Source of the DNA: an uncultured Bacteroidales bacterium
GTDB taxonomy: Bacteria; Bacteroidota; Bacteroidia; Bacteroidales; UBA10428
Length of the DNA: 64,000 bases
Assembly: GCA_964560225.1 (NCBI GenBank)
Contig: CAZLLD010000001.1
Coordinates: forward strand, 65,565-129,564
Reading direction: 5' to 3'
Positions 10,301-19,455 of this stretch are shown piece after piece. Under the pieces are notes generated by a model. That model saw nothing but the letters and a program-made list of their open reading frames with translations. It had not been told where the DNA came from and made no database searches. The position numbers and the translations under genes are program-made. How positions within the stretch are numbered: the stretch's first letter is position 1; each line of letters starts with the position of its first letter.

Positions 10301-12890
10301 TTTTGTCGCCTTCGGGAGTCTTCACCCCCACATAGGCCGAGTAGGGTGAATACGGGATAGATACCCGGTCAATGCTGAAATCACCGCTTTTCTCAAAAAC
10401 ACGGGTGGTAAAATTGGCATTCAGCATCCCCGGAGCAGACTGGTCCACGGAGAACCGTCCCGGAATCACAGTCCTTCCCGACTCATCGAGAAACCCCTCA
10501 TAAAGTTCAATTTCCTCCATGCTAAATCGTTTGGCAGGATCGGTAAATTGATATGCGGGGTATTTGGTGAAAGTGGTTGGTGCTTCTGTGAGCGAAACTG
10601 CAACGCGTGCTTTGAGGTTTGCTGCATTGGCCCCGTGAAGCCAGTTAACCTGCATTTCACCCTTGATATCGGGCCTGGAAGAAGACAGTCGTTGTGTATT
10701 AAACGTAAGATTGATCTTCAGCCTGTTTGGTTTAACGGTTTCAATTTTAAGTGTTTTGTCAAACTGGGTGCCTCCTACTTTAACCTTCAGGTTCCAGTTT
10801 CCGGTTAAAGCATCCGGAGAGGTGGGTATGCTCCATGTATAGAATCCATTGATTCCGGAAGTTTTTGTAACTTTCGAATACAGTTGTCCTTTCGGATTGT
10901 ACAATTCAAGCAATACAGGATGCATGGGAGGAAGCACCTGCTGCTTGTCCTCCAAAATGCAGGTAAGGTGCAGCGTGTCACCGGGCCTCCAAACACCTCG
11001 TTCCCCGTAAATAAAGGCCTTTAATCCCCTGGGTATCGATGATCCGGATACATCAAACGCCCCCAGTGATAATGAAGAGCCATCATCGAGCCGCAGATAG
11101 CCCCTTTGTTTTTCATACCCGGCCGTCAGCAGAAAAGGTTTTTCCTTGCAGGATAATGTGGCAAAGCCATTGTTATCTGTGGTTCCCGTTGAAATCAGCT
11201 GTTGCTGATAATTGAAAACGGATATTTCAGCGCCCTGGATGGGTTTGCTGGTAACCAGGCTGGTGATGGCGCAAAATACGGTCTGATCAGAACCCATTTT
11301 GACTATGATCCCCAGATCAGAGGCCAGAATATTTCTTGCCACCCAGCGGTTCTGTGTATAGTAAGATTTCGAGCAGGGGTTGTCGCGTTCTTCCCATTCA
11401 TAATCCCAATCATAGTCGTAATAATATTCATCATAATATTCCTCATAAGAGTCCCAGTATGAAGCCTCTTCTTCAGGAGCGTCTTCATCCTCCTCCTCAA
11501 CGGCTTGTTCGTCTTCTTCCGGGCTTTCACACGGATAAAGGGAATAACGCCTTTTAAACGAAATTTCAATGCGGTAAATAGCCCCCGGATCGGGTTCAAT
11601 GAGCTTGGCCAGATCAAGATAAAAGCGGTTCCACCGGCCTAAATCAGCAGGCACATTACCGAGCTCAACCTTTTGTTTATGAATTAACCGGCCGGCACGT
11701 TTTAACTCATTGCTTCCGTCAAGCCTGTTAACCTGCAAAAAATGACCTATATTATTTTCATATATCTTGATGATTTTGACATCCACGGCGTTCAGGTTGA
11801 CCGCTTCAAAGGGGAACACGAGTCCCTTTGATGAAGGAAGAATAACTCCTTTTCCAATCAGCCTTACAGCTGGTTTTGGCACCTCAAATGTGAGATCGTA
11901 TGAAAAATCAGATTTCAGTTTATAGCCCATGATATTCACCAGTCCTTCCCTGATGGTGATTTTGCAGTCACCATTCTGTCGGGCTGCCGGAAAAACCTTG
12001 ATGATGTTTCCTGAAACCGAAAAATCAAGCGTGGTGCCATTATCAAGAAATATGAGGCCTTCGAAATTCTGGTTCTTTTTGACCGGGTCACTGAGCATGA
12101 TCTGCATATACTGCTCAGGCTGTTGCACTACTTTAACATCAAGCACTTTATAATCTGACAAAGAAGGTATTTCCACTTCATATTTTCCTTGTATATCCTT
12201 AAAATCAGGAGAAGCATCCCAGGCAATGATAACCTTACCAGCTTCCTCCTTTCGTTGCACGCTGTCGATCCGGAAATGGAAGGTTCTTCGGTCATCCCCT
12301 GACTCCCAGACCAATTTTAATTTCTTGTTTTCCTGATGCGCTGAAAAGTATTTATTAATAATTTCATTATCTATATAATCAGCCGTATTAACTGTACCTT
12401 TTATTCGATTCCAAACCAGATCATTTTCATTATGTGTTTGATAACCCTCATCACTGACAGTCCATGCCTGTTGCACTATGGCAAAGCTGAATTCAAAAAC
12501 GGACAATTCCTTTTTAACTTTCATTACTTCACCCAGGTTAAACCGGGCTGAATAGGTTTCGCCCGATTCTAGCGGTTCGACCGGCCTGTATTCCAATGTA
12601 CGTTTGTCTACCCAAAAGGCCTGCCCCTTAATGGCAGGTTTGAATTTGAAAAGTCCGGCATCAGCAGGAATGTTTCCGTCTCCTGCCGCGGCACAGTCCT
12701 CTGCAAATAGGATCCGGATGGTGGATTCTGATGAAATGACTCCGGAAGTAAAGGCAGCAATTTTCTCCGTAAACTCAGGATTGATAGAATCGCGCAACTT
12801 GTCTTGCTTTTTGCATGCCGTTAAGTTTATCAACAACAACGCAGCCAGCATGAGCTGACAATAAGAGCAAAGAAATGAATGGTTTTTCAT
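7308..12890 (-). CDS. Alpha-2-macroglobulin family lipoprotein with an intact thioester motif
   Basis: ORF-track 7308..12986, trimmed to the internal ATG at 12890. That start gives MKNHSFLCSYCQLMLAALLLINLTACKK (lipobox LTAC) and removes the overlap with the upstream gene. Thioester site is YPHGCIEQ (CIEQ at 8664..8675). The size and repeated beta-sandwich character are typical of bacterial A2M (YfhM/ECAM type). Confidence 0.9.
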   Translation of the reverse strand: MKNHSFLCSYCQLMLAALLLINLTACKKQDKLRDSINPEFTEKIAAFTSGVISSESTIRILFAEDCAAAGDGNIPADAGLFKFKPAIKGQAFWVDKRTLEYRPVEPLESGETYSARFNLGEVMKVKKELSVFEFSFAIVQQAWTVSDEGYQTHNENDLVWNRIKGTVNTADYIDNEIINKYFSAHQENKKLKLVWESGDDRRTFHFRIDSVQRKEEAGKVIIAWDASPDFKDIQGKYEVEIPSLSDYKVLDVKVVQQPEQYMQIMLSDPVKKNQNFEGLIFLDNGTTLDFSVSGNIIKVFPAARQNGDCKITIREGLVNIMGYKLKSDFSYDLTFEVPKPAVRLIGKGVILPSSKGLVFPFEAVNLNAVDVKIIKIYENNIGHFLQVNRLDGSNELKRAGRLIHKQKVELGNVPADLGRWNRFYLDLAKLIEPDPGAIYRIEISFKRRYSLYPCESPEEDEQAVEEEDEDAPEEEASYWDSYEEYYDEYYYDYDWDYEWEERDNPCSKSYYTQNRWVARNILASDLGIIVKMGSDQTVFCAITSLVTSKPIQGAEISVFNYQQQLISTGTTDNNGFATLSCKEKPFLLTAGYEKQRGYLRLDDGSSLSLGAFDVSGSSIPRGLKAFIYGERGVWRPGDTLHLTCILEDKQQVLPPMHPVLLELYNPKGQLYSKVTKTSGINGFYTWSIPTSPDALTGNWNLKVKVGGTQFDKTLKIETVKPNRLKINLTFNTQRLSSSRPDIKGEMQVNWLHGANAANLKARVAVSLTEAPTTFTKYPAYQFTDPAKRFSMEEIELYEGFLDESGRTVIPGRFSVDQSAPGMLNANFTTRVFEKSGDFSIDRVSIPYSPYSAYVGVKTPEGDKRGMLLTDTTHWVDVVLLDESGNALSRNNLEAYVYKLHWRNWWESAGDEIADYIGNTYNRPLVSKKLSAVNGKGKFSFRINRPEWGRFYVRVVDPVSGHAAGKIIYIDWPGWAGRPMRDNPEAASMLTFNADKEKYQVGDYAEIIVPTSGSGNALLSIENGSRIISKEWLVTNGKEIRHKFQITPDMAPNVYAHVTLIQPHASSENDMPMRLYGVIPILVEDPQTRLSPVIKMPDNLEPLQQFKVEVSEKNKREMTYTLAIVEEGLLDLTRFKTPDPWSLFYAREALGVRSWDLYDMVIGAYGGKLSSILGIGGDGEQVGGQSAEKANRFKPVVKYLGPFTVKGGKTNSHTLVMPNYIGSVRTMVVAGKDGAYGFAEKAVPVKKPLMVLATLPRVLGTGESVKLPVTVFAMDSQIKQVSVSVKSNDFLIAEGSTTQPLTFTQTGDKMVEFEFKTARKTGVAKVQVTATSGRKTAVYDIELDVRNANPPVTTFTGNSVEAGKTDEISFTLPGMENTNTAVLEVSGIPPIDAERRLRFLINYPHGCIEQITSTVFAQLFLPDLIELDENSKSAIEKNIKAGINKLQRFQVAGGGLAYWPGNLVPDPWGSSYAGHFLLEAEKKGYTLPAGMKSSWLKSQKQFARQWSPVQYREDHYRQDHLEQAYRLYTLALAGEPEMAAMNRLREVKNMSLQAKWRLAAAYALAGQMQVAKELVSRESTEIQPYTGFYSSYGSPDRDLAMLLETMTLMNNQTQGAVLTRRISESLSSASWMSTQTTAYCLLAVAKFATGSTADKLNFSYKLANGKSIQVSTSKPLTQVKLSLPRNAKTLPLTISNNGKAILFTRVIMEGIPESGDEKEFSNNLTINVSYQTREGKPVDVSRVTQGMDFLAVVTVYNPGAFRYRQMALTQVFPPGWEIRNNRLADADISGNISHPEYQDIRDDRIYTYFDLARGERKTFVVQLNAAYLGRYYLPGTYCEAMYDNSISAMEKGQWVEVVNAD

Positions 12891-12942
12891 AACAGCAGTT
12901 TTAAGGTGATGTGATGTAGGATTATGATCCGGATAATATCTT

Positions 12943-14202
12943 TTATTGATTTCCTGTATCAACCAGGGTATAGAGTTTATCGGCACGTCTTACCTTTCGG
13001 GGTACGGGAATTGAAAATCTTTCTCCTGCCCTGGTCAGGTTCACCTGGCTGTAATTGACCCTGATTTCCCTTATTTCATGTTCCACCACACCCGTAGTCG
13101 GACCTACAATCAATACCTGATCACCAGATTGCAGGTTTCCTGATTCACATAAAAATTCAGCAACCCCGATACGCGGAAAATAATTGATGCATTTGGCTAT
13201 ATATTCTTTTCTTTGAGTGGCTTTTGAACCATATACGTGGCTCCATTCGCCCAGTTTCTGGCCCAGGTAATACCCATCCCAGAATCCCCTGTTAAACACC
13301 GATGAAAGCCGATTTTTCCACCCGTCAATTTTTTCCTGTGTATAAGTTCCGTCAGTCACACTGCGGATTGCCTGGTCATAGCATTCACAAACCACCTTTA
13401 CGTATTCGGGGGATCTTGCCCTTCCCTCTATTTTCAAGACCCGTACGCCGGCATCCAGTAATTTGTTAACGAAATGGATGGTACAAAGATCTTTGGGCGA
13501 CATGATGTATTCATCTTCGATGTCGAGCTCAAAGCCGCTTTCTTTTTCCCTCACTGTATAGGATCTCCGGCAATCCTGAAGGCATTCTCCCCTGTTTGCG
13601 GCATGTTTGTGATGGTGGAGGCTCAGATAACATTTCCCGGAAATGGCCATGCACAAAGCCCCATGGGCAAACATTTCAATCTTCATCCGATTCCCGGAGG
13701 GACCGCTGATTGCTTCCTTCTCAATGACACGGGAGATTTCAGCAACCTGTTTCAGGTTGAGTTCCCGGGCCAGAACTGCCACATCGGCAAACCGGGAATA
13801 AAACCGCAACGATTCGACATTGCTGATGTTGATCTGCGTAGAAAGATGAATTTCAAGACCAAGCCGGCTGGCATAATCAATGACTGCCTGATCTGAGGCA
13901 ATGATTGCGTTAATCCCGTGTTCTTTAGCCAGGTCAAGCATCTTGCGCATCTCCTCCAGTTCCTCGTTGTAAAAAACAACATTCATGGTGAGATAAGCCT
14001 TCTTATTGAAATTGCGGCAAATGCGCATGATCTTTTCCAGGTCGTCAGCAGTGAAATTAACGGAGGAGCGTGCCCTCATATTCAACCTACCCAGTCCAAA
14101 GTAAACCGAATCGGCTCCTGTTTGAACTGCTGCCATAAGAGACTCAAATGATCCCACGGGGGCCATCAGATCCACATCCTCACGTTTCAAAAAGGCTTTC
14201 AA
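12943..14202 (-). CDS. Peptidase U32 family protein (PrtC/YegQ-like; probable Fe-S protein)
   Basis: 419 aa. TIM-barrel-like N-terminus MAPVGSFESLMAAVQTGADSVYFG. Conserved Cys cluster GALCMAISGKCYLS...RGECLQDCRR as in U32 members. Confidence 0.85.
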   Translation of the reverse strand: MKAFLKREDVDLMAPVGSFESLMAAVQTGADSVYFGLGRLNMRARSSVNFTADDLEKIMRICRNFNKKAYLTMNVVFYNEELEEMRKMLDLAKEHGINAIIASDQAVIDYASRLGLEIHLSTQINISNVESLRFYSRFADVAVLARELNLKQVAEISRVIEKEAISGPSGNRMKIEMFAHGALCMAISGKCYLSLHHHKHAANRGECLQDCRRSYTVREKESGFELDIEDEYIMSPKDLCTIHFVNKLLDAGVRVLKIEGRARSPEYVKVVCECYDQAIRSVTDGTYTQEKIDGWKNRLSSVFNRGFWDGYYLGQKLGEWSHVYGSKATQRKEYIAKCINYFPRIGVAEFLCESGNLQSGDQVLIVGPTTGVVEHEIREIRVNYSQVNLTRAGERFSIPVPRKVRRADKLYTLVDTGNQ

Positions 14203-14249
14203 TCTATACTATGTTTATTTATTGACAAATACATGTTTCTGCTAACGTA

Positions 14250-14627
14250 TTACTTGAAAAATTCCTGTATGGCACCCCAGTAATATTCGTTCCATCCCTT
14301 TTTGAATTCTTCAGCTTCGTCATCGGGTACATGGGTGTGTTCCAACAGTACCTTGGTGCCCAGTTGATGCGATTCAAGATCAATGGTTACAATGGACTCA
14401 TCGGTCTGATCACCAAAATACCACTCCTGTACAATTTGCCTGTTCTCTGTTATTTTGATATTCTTACCGACAATATCTCCGTCGAAAATGGAAAATTCTG
14501 TGCCTTCCTGTGTATCCATCCGCGCGGGATATCCGCTCCAAAGCTCAATGGTAAAAGGATTGGTCAGCGCACTAAAAACTTCTTCCGGTGTTGCGTTAAC
14601 AAAATAATGCTGCCTGATGGTCTTCAT
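14250..14627 (-). CDS. SRPBCC / AHSA1 (Aha1-like START-fold) domain protein
   Basis: 125 aa. FVNATPEEVFSALTNPFTIELWSG...WNEYYWGAIQEFF is typical of the Activator-of-Hsp90-ATPase-homolog-1-like family. Confidence 0.7.
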   Translation of the reverse strand: MKTIRQHYFVNATPEEVFSALTNPFTIELWSGYPARMDTQEGTEFSIFDGDIVGKNIKITENRQIVQEWYFGDQTDESIVTIDLESHQLGTKVLLEHTHVPDDEAEEFKKGWNEYYWGAIQEFFK

Positions 14628-14726
14628 AAGAAATTGATAGTTAAAAAATGACTTTCTCTGGTATTTGGATATGGGGTAGGTTTCATTTCTTACTTAAACT
14701 GATTATTTCTTAAAATTACAAATCTC

Positions 14727-15695
14727 TTGAGTATTTTCGCTAATGCAAAAGAAAAATTATGTGATTCTGTGGGTAAAGGCATTGTAATAAAAACTACCGG
14801 AAGCTGGCACACCGTAAAAACCGGAAAAGAGCAGGTAAACTGCCGGCTTAAAGGAACCTTCCGGACACGCGGCATGAAAAACACAAATCCCATAGCGGTT
14901 GGAGATCATGTTGATTTCGAAATTACCGATAACCAGTTTGGCACGATTACAAAAATTCATGAACGCAGGAATTACATCATCCGCAAAGCGACCAATTTAT
15001 CTAAGGAAGTACAGATCCTGGCAGCCAACATTGATCAGGCAGTGCTTATGCTTACCCTGGATTACCCTGAAACTCCGCTCGAATTCGTTGACCGTTTTCT
15101 GCTATCGGCTGAAGCTTACCATATTAACTGTATTTTATTGATTAACAAGATGGATCTGTATCCGGAGCGCCTGTTTGCCCGGTTGCAGGAAGTACATGAA
15201 ATATATGAATACGCCGGATACAGGGTGATTGACCTTTCGGTAGAAACAGGAGTGAATCTGTCTCAGGTTGATGAATTGCTCAGAGATAAAGTCTCTCTGA
15301 TTTCGGGCAATTCCGGAGTGGGCAAAAGCAGTCTGATCAACAGGTTGTGTCCGGGTCTTCAGCTTAAAACCAATGACATTTCATGGTATCACCTTTCAGG
15401 CAAGCATACCACAACCTATCCTGAAATGATCGAAATCAAGGACAATACTTTTATTATCGATTCGCCGGGAATTAAGGGATTCGGCCTAACCGACCTGAAC
15501 AGGAATGAAATCGGTTTGTACTTTACCGATATTTTCCGGTTGTCTAGAAATTGTCAGTTTTACAATTGCACGCATATACATGAGCCGAACTGTGCTGTGA
15601 TTGAAGCATGCCAAAAGGGGATCCTTCATGAATCGCGTTATCGCAGCTATTTCAATATTCTGCATGACAAAGACGAAAAATACCGGACCAGCTAA
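14727..15695 (+). CDS. rsgA: Ribosome small subunit-dependent GTPase A
   Basis: 322 aa. OB-fold N-terminus, circularly permuted GTPase motifs (LINKMDL, then GNSGVGKSSLIN), and C-terminal zinc knuckle CQFYNCTHIHEPNCAV. The track start is TTG; a GTG at 14769 is an alternative. Confidence 0.85.
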   Translation: MSIFANAKEKLCDSVGKGIVIKTTGSWHTVKTGKEQVNCRLKGTFRTRGMKNTNPIAVGDHVDFEITDNQFGTITKIHERRNYIIRKATNLSKEVQILAANIDQAVLMLTLDYPETPLEFVDRFLLSAEAYHINCILLINKMDLYPERLFARLQEVHEIYEYAGYRVIDLSVETGVNLSQVDELLRDKVSLISGNSGVGKSSLINRLCPGLQLKTNDISWYHLSGKHTTTYPEMIEIKDNTFIIDSPGIKGFGLTDLNRNEIGLYFTDIFRLSRNCQFYNCTHIHEPNCAVIEACQKGILHESRYRSYFNILHDKDEKYRTS

Positions 15696-15781
15696 GGTAT
15701 TGTTTAAAGAATTATCCAATTTGTTGTTGTAACTTTAAGAATATTTTATACTTTGATTGCCTTAATTTCAACAGGTAAACA

Positions 15782-18601
15782 ATGAAGAAATATACTCTGT
15801 ACTTCATATTGATAACACTGATTGTTATTCTGCTCAACCTCTATATCAATATCACCATTTACAGAAACCAGATTTCTTTCCAGCATAGTATACTTTCAGG
15901 CCAGGCCGAATCGTGTGTCAAGGAGATCGAATCTTCCCTGCTTAAATTTGAAAATGAAGTGAATGCACTGCTATACTCCAACTCCTTGTTAAATGTTAAC
16001 CTGAGCAGTGATGATGCCAATCAGGAAGGACTTAGAAATCTTGAGATGCTTTTTTCCAATAACAGCAAGCTTATTAAGAATCTGTTCATCTATGATGTGA
16101 ATAAGAATGTCCTGAACATGTCGTTCAACAAAAGGAACCGGTTGCTGATTGATCCCTACATTACCCAAAAACAAAATGAACTGCAAGACAAGGTGCTGAT
16201 TAATAAGATTGATGACGGCTATCAATATATCTTTCCGATTTTCAAAGAAAACCTGTTAACTGCTAACCTTGTTTTTTCCATAGATCTTCCAGGGTTTTTC
16301 GAGGAATTGTTCACCCGTTATTTTCATGACGAAGCCTTCTGGCAGTGGGTTACAGACAGCAATGGAAAAACCTTGTATTCCAATGCCGTTTCAGCCACTA
16401 TGATCCAGGATACGCTTCGGTTTAAGGACAAAGTCCTTTCAGAACAATCCGGATTCTTCAAACACAATATACTGTATAACAATAAGGATGAAAAGCTGTA
16501 TTCGGCCTTTTCATCACTCAGTATCATGAATGACCGGTTTGGCGTGGTGTTTTCAATGAGAAAAGTTTTTATTTTCGATCTCATTCTGAATAAAGTAATT
16601 GCATCAGGTATATTGAGCACGCTGATCATGCTGCTTTTTCTTCTGATCCTCCTGGGAAAAATGGGGAAAAGTCTTTCATTGAAAGAGAAAACCAGTGCTG
16701 AGCTGTCCAACCTGCAATCAATTTTCGACAATTTGCCTGTGGGAATTATGGTGATTAATCAGGAACAGCAGGTTAAAATAATCAATCAGACTGCCCGAGA
16801 AATGCTTTTAATGAACCAGGATGAATCATTGGCAGGCAAAAATCTTACCGAAAGATTCATGCTCTCAAAAGATTATTATGATTCGGAGAACGATAATTCA
16901 TTTGATTCCAACCAGTTTGTCATTTACCGTCATGAAGGAGAAGAAGTTGCCGTATTTAAAAAAGATCTCCCCTTCATCATTGATAATGAGGAATTTCTCT
17001 TGAGTGCGTTTGTTGATGTGACACCTGTTGAAAAAGCAAGAAAGTACGAAGCTGCTTCCAATACTGCTAAATCAGAGTTTCTTGCCAAGATGAGCCATGA
17101 GATCCGCACGCCCATGAATGGAATCATCGGGATGACGGAAGCCCTGGATCAGGAACACCTTACTCCCAATCAGAAGGAATATGTGCATATTGTCAAGCGT
17201 TCAGCTGATGTATTGCTGACCCTCATTGATGATATTCTGGACTTTTCAAAAATTGAAGCCGGCAAGATGCATCTTGAGGAAATTCCTTTTAAATTGCGTG
17301 AAGAGATAAAACTGTCAGTGGATTTGTTCAAGCCCATCATTGAGGACAAGAAGCTGACCCTGTCGCTTAAAATTAACCCGGACGTTCCGGAAAACATCAT
17401 TGGTGATCCTTTCAGGCTGCGCCAGGTACTTTCTAATTTAATCAGCAATGCCGTTAAATTTACTCATGAGGGTGAGATCTCAGTTGGTGTTGAACTGGAA
17501 GAAGAGTATAACTACAACGTGACCTTGCTTTTCTACGTGGAGGATACCGGTGTTGGCATTCCCCGGAACAAAATTGAAAGTATTTTCAATTCATTTACGC
17601 AGGCTGAAGAATCCACATCCCGAAAATACGGCGGATCTGGTTTGGGAACAACCATTGCGAAACAGCTGGTAACCCTGATGCATGGAGAAATTTGGGTGCA
17701 AAGCCCGTCTTCCATTTCCAGAAATCCGGTATATCCCGGTTCCAAGTTTAGCTTTACCATTGAGGTGTATTCCAATGAAAAGATCCCGAAACCGCTGAAC
17801 CTGGAAAAAATCAATTCCTTTTCACAGGTAAATGTTTTGATCATCAAAGGTGCTGAAAAAATTAATTCACGCCTGATCAGATTTTATGAACTGCAGAGAT
17901 TCAAATACGAAATTCTTGAATGTGTTCCTGAAAATTTGGATGAATTGAAGGATCGTCTCAAGGAAAACAACGTTCCTTATCAGGTGCTTGTTGTTTTAGA
18001 TGACCCGGGAATGAATGGCTTTTTGATTGCTAAAAATTTGCAGGATAATGGATTAACTGATTTGTTCTTCATTATAATGATCAGTTCGAATCATAAATCG
18101 GAGAATTATGTTCAGGCCAGGCGCTTTGGTGTTGATTGTTACTTTCCTGAACCCGTGGAACAATCTGAGCTGATGAAGTGCCTTCATGATTCATTCCCCA
18201 ATGTAGAAAAGGATTCTGCAGAAATATCGCGAATGATCAGACCCGATTTGTCCATTCTGGTGGCAGAAGACAATGAAATTAATATCAAGGTAGCGCAAAC
18301 ATTTTTTTCAAGCCTGGGGTTTAAAATTGATGTGGCAAAAAACGGGAATGAAGCCATTGAAAAAGTGAAAACAAAAAAATACGACCTGATCTTCATGGAT
18401 CTGGTGATGCCGGAACGAGACGGCATTCAGGCTACTGTTGAATTGCGGGGTTTGGGATACCAGATGCCCATCATTGCCATGACTGCAACTGCCAGTTCCA
18501 AAACAAAATCCAAGGCAATTGCTTCAGGAATGAGCGATTATATTACAAAACCCGTAAAAATAGAATCTCTCAGGAACATCCTGTTGAAATGGTTTGCCTG
18601 A
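15782..18601 (+). CDS. Hybrid sensor histidine kinase/response regulator
   Basis: 939 aa. Two TM helices flank a ~250-aa extracytoplasmic region, followed by a PAS domain. H-box is MSHEIRTPMNGIIGM, with the HATPase_c N/G boxes (NLISNAVKFT, DTGVGI, GGSGLGT). A degenerate receiver-like segment precedes a canonical receiver (ILVAEDNEIN...DLIFMDLVMPERDG...KP). Confidence 0.9.
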   Translation: MKKYTLYFILITLIVILLNLYINITIYRNQISFQHSILSGQAESCVKEIESSLLKFENEVNALLYSNSLLNVNLSSDDANQEGLRNLEMLFSNNSKLIKNLFIYDVNKNVLNMSFNKRNRLLIDPYITQKQNELQDKVLINKIDDGYQYIFPIFKENLLTANLVFSIDLPGFFEELFTRYFHDEAFWQWVTDSNGKTLYSNAVSATMIQDTLRFKDKVLSEQSGFFKHNILYNNKDEKLYSAFSSLSIMNDRFGVVFSMRKVFIFDLILNKVIASGILSTLIMLLFLLILLGKMGKSLSLKEKTSAELSNLQSIFDNLPVGIMVINQEQQVKIINQTAREMLLMNQDESLAGKNLTERFMLSKDYYDSENDNSFDSNQFVIYRHEGEEVAVFKKDLPFIIDNEEFLLSAFVDVTPVEKARKYEAASNTAKSEFLAKMSHEIRTPMNGIIGMTEALDQEHLTPNQKEYVHIVKRSADVLLTLIDDILDFSKIEAGKMHLEEIPFKLREEIKLSVDLFKPIIEDKKLTLSLKINPDVPENIIGDPFRLRQVLSNLISNAVKFTHEGEISVGVELEEEYNYNVTLLFYVEDTGVGIPRNKIESIFNSFTQAEESTSRKYGGSGLGTTIAKQLVTLMHGEIWVQSPSSISRNPVYPGSKFSFTIEVYSNEKIPKPLNLEKINSFSQVNVLIIKGAEKINSRLIRFYELQRFKYEILECVPENLDELKDRLKENNVPYQVLVVLDDPGMNGFLIAKNLQDNGLTDLFFIIMISSNHKSENYVQARRFGVDCYFPEPVEQSELMKCLHDSFPNVEKDSAEISRMIRPDLSILVAEDNEINIKVAQTFFSSLGFKIDVAKNGNEAIEKVKTKKYDLIFMDLVMPERDGIQATVELRGLGYQMPIIAMTATASSKTKSKAIASGMSDYITKPVKIESLRNILLKWFA

Positions 18602-18706
18602 GATATACCGTTTCACTTAATAAAGTTCTTTCACAGAGCTCTGTTTCTTGTTGATTTGTCTTTTCTGCTGTCTCAGTTGACATGATCATGTGAATTAATT
18701 CAAACT

Positions 18707-19429
18707 GTGATGAAAACGACTTCAATAAAAGAATCCATGGGAATTCTTATTAAGGAAGAAACCCTGCAGACAGTGGATCACTACATTATGCAGAACACCC
18801 TGGTGCTGGAAAGCCTGGAACCCTTTCCAGGATATCACGGAGACATTCCTCCAAGTGTTTCAAAACCGGATTCACTTTTTCTGATCACCGATAAGCTATA
18901 TCCTGTTGAGGATATTTTCAGAATTTCACAACATTTGTGTGCTTACCAGCATATTCACATAGACGGTTGCCCGGTGGACATTTTCATTAACAATACCAGC
19001 CTGACCGGAATAAGAATCAAAGGCATAACCAGTTATTCCATGATATCAGAACTTCAGGGATGTTATATCGATAAAGGCATTTGCTTCATGAAAGGCAAAA
19101 ACCTGAACGCACCGGGACTGATCAGAATCAACAAGGTCTTTTTCCTGGAAAGTATGGAAGAAGATATTTACAAAGACCTGGATGACGATCTAATTTACTA
19201 TATTACTCTACCTTATCATTTTAACTGGAACCTGTTCAAGACGGTTACCTTGAATGTTAAAAACAACCTGGATTACAGCAATTTTGATTGTGCTCTTGGG
19301 TTTATTTACCTGAAAAGGATTGCCGAATTCGTCAGGATTTATGGAAAGCATATTGACATAAAGCGGCTTGAGCAAATCCGGAATAAGTATCTTGAAGAAA
19401 CCAGAAAGATACAGGAAGATATGAATTAA
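18707..19429 (+). CDS. Hypothetical protein, no family recognised
   Basis: 240 aa ORF (GTG at 18707 / ATG at 18710), co-directional with the kinase and 105 nt downstream of it. No signal peptide or TM segment, and no motif I can assign. Confidence 0.5.
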   Translation: MMKTTSIKESMGILIKEETLQTVDHYIMQNTLVLESLEPFPGYHGDIPPSVSKPDSLFLITDKLYPVEDIFRISQHLCAYQHIHIDGCPVDIFINNTSLTGIRIKGITSYSMISELQGCYIDKGICFMKGKNLNAPGLIRINKVFFLESMEEDIYKDLDDDLIYYITLPYHFNWNLFKTVTLNVKNNLDYSNFDCALGFIYLKRIAEFVRIYGKHIDIKRLEQIRNKYLEETRKIQEDMN

Positions 19430-19455
19430 AAGCACCCTGGCCTCTTATCGATAGT

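Noticed and set aside
12891-12986. N-terminal 32-codon extension of the A2M ORF
   Set aside because: It would overlap the 3' end of the U32 gene and place 32 non-hydrophobic residues ahead of a textbook lipoprotein signal peptide that begins at the ATG at 12890.
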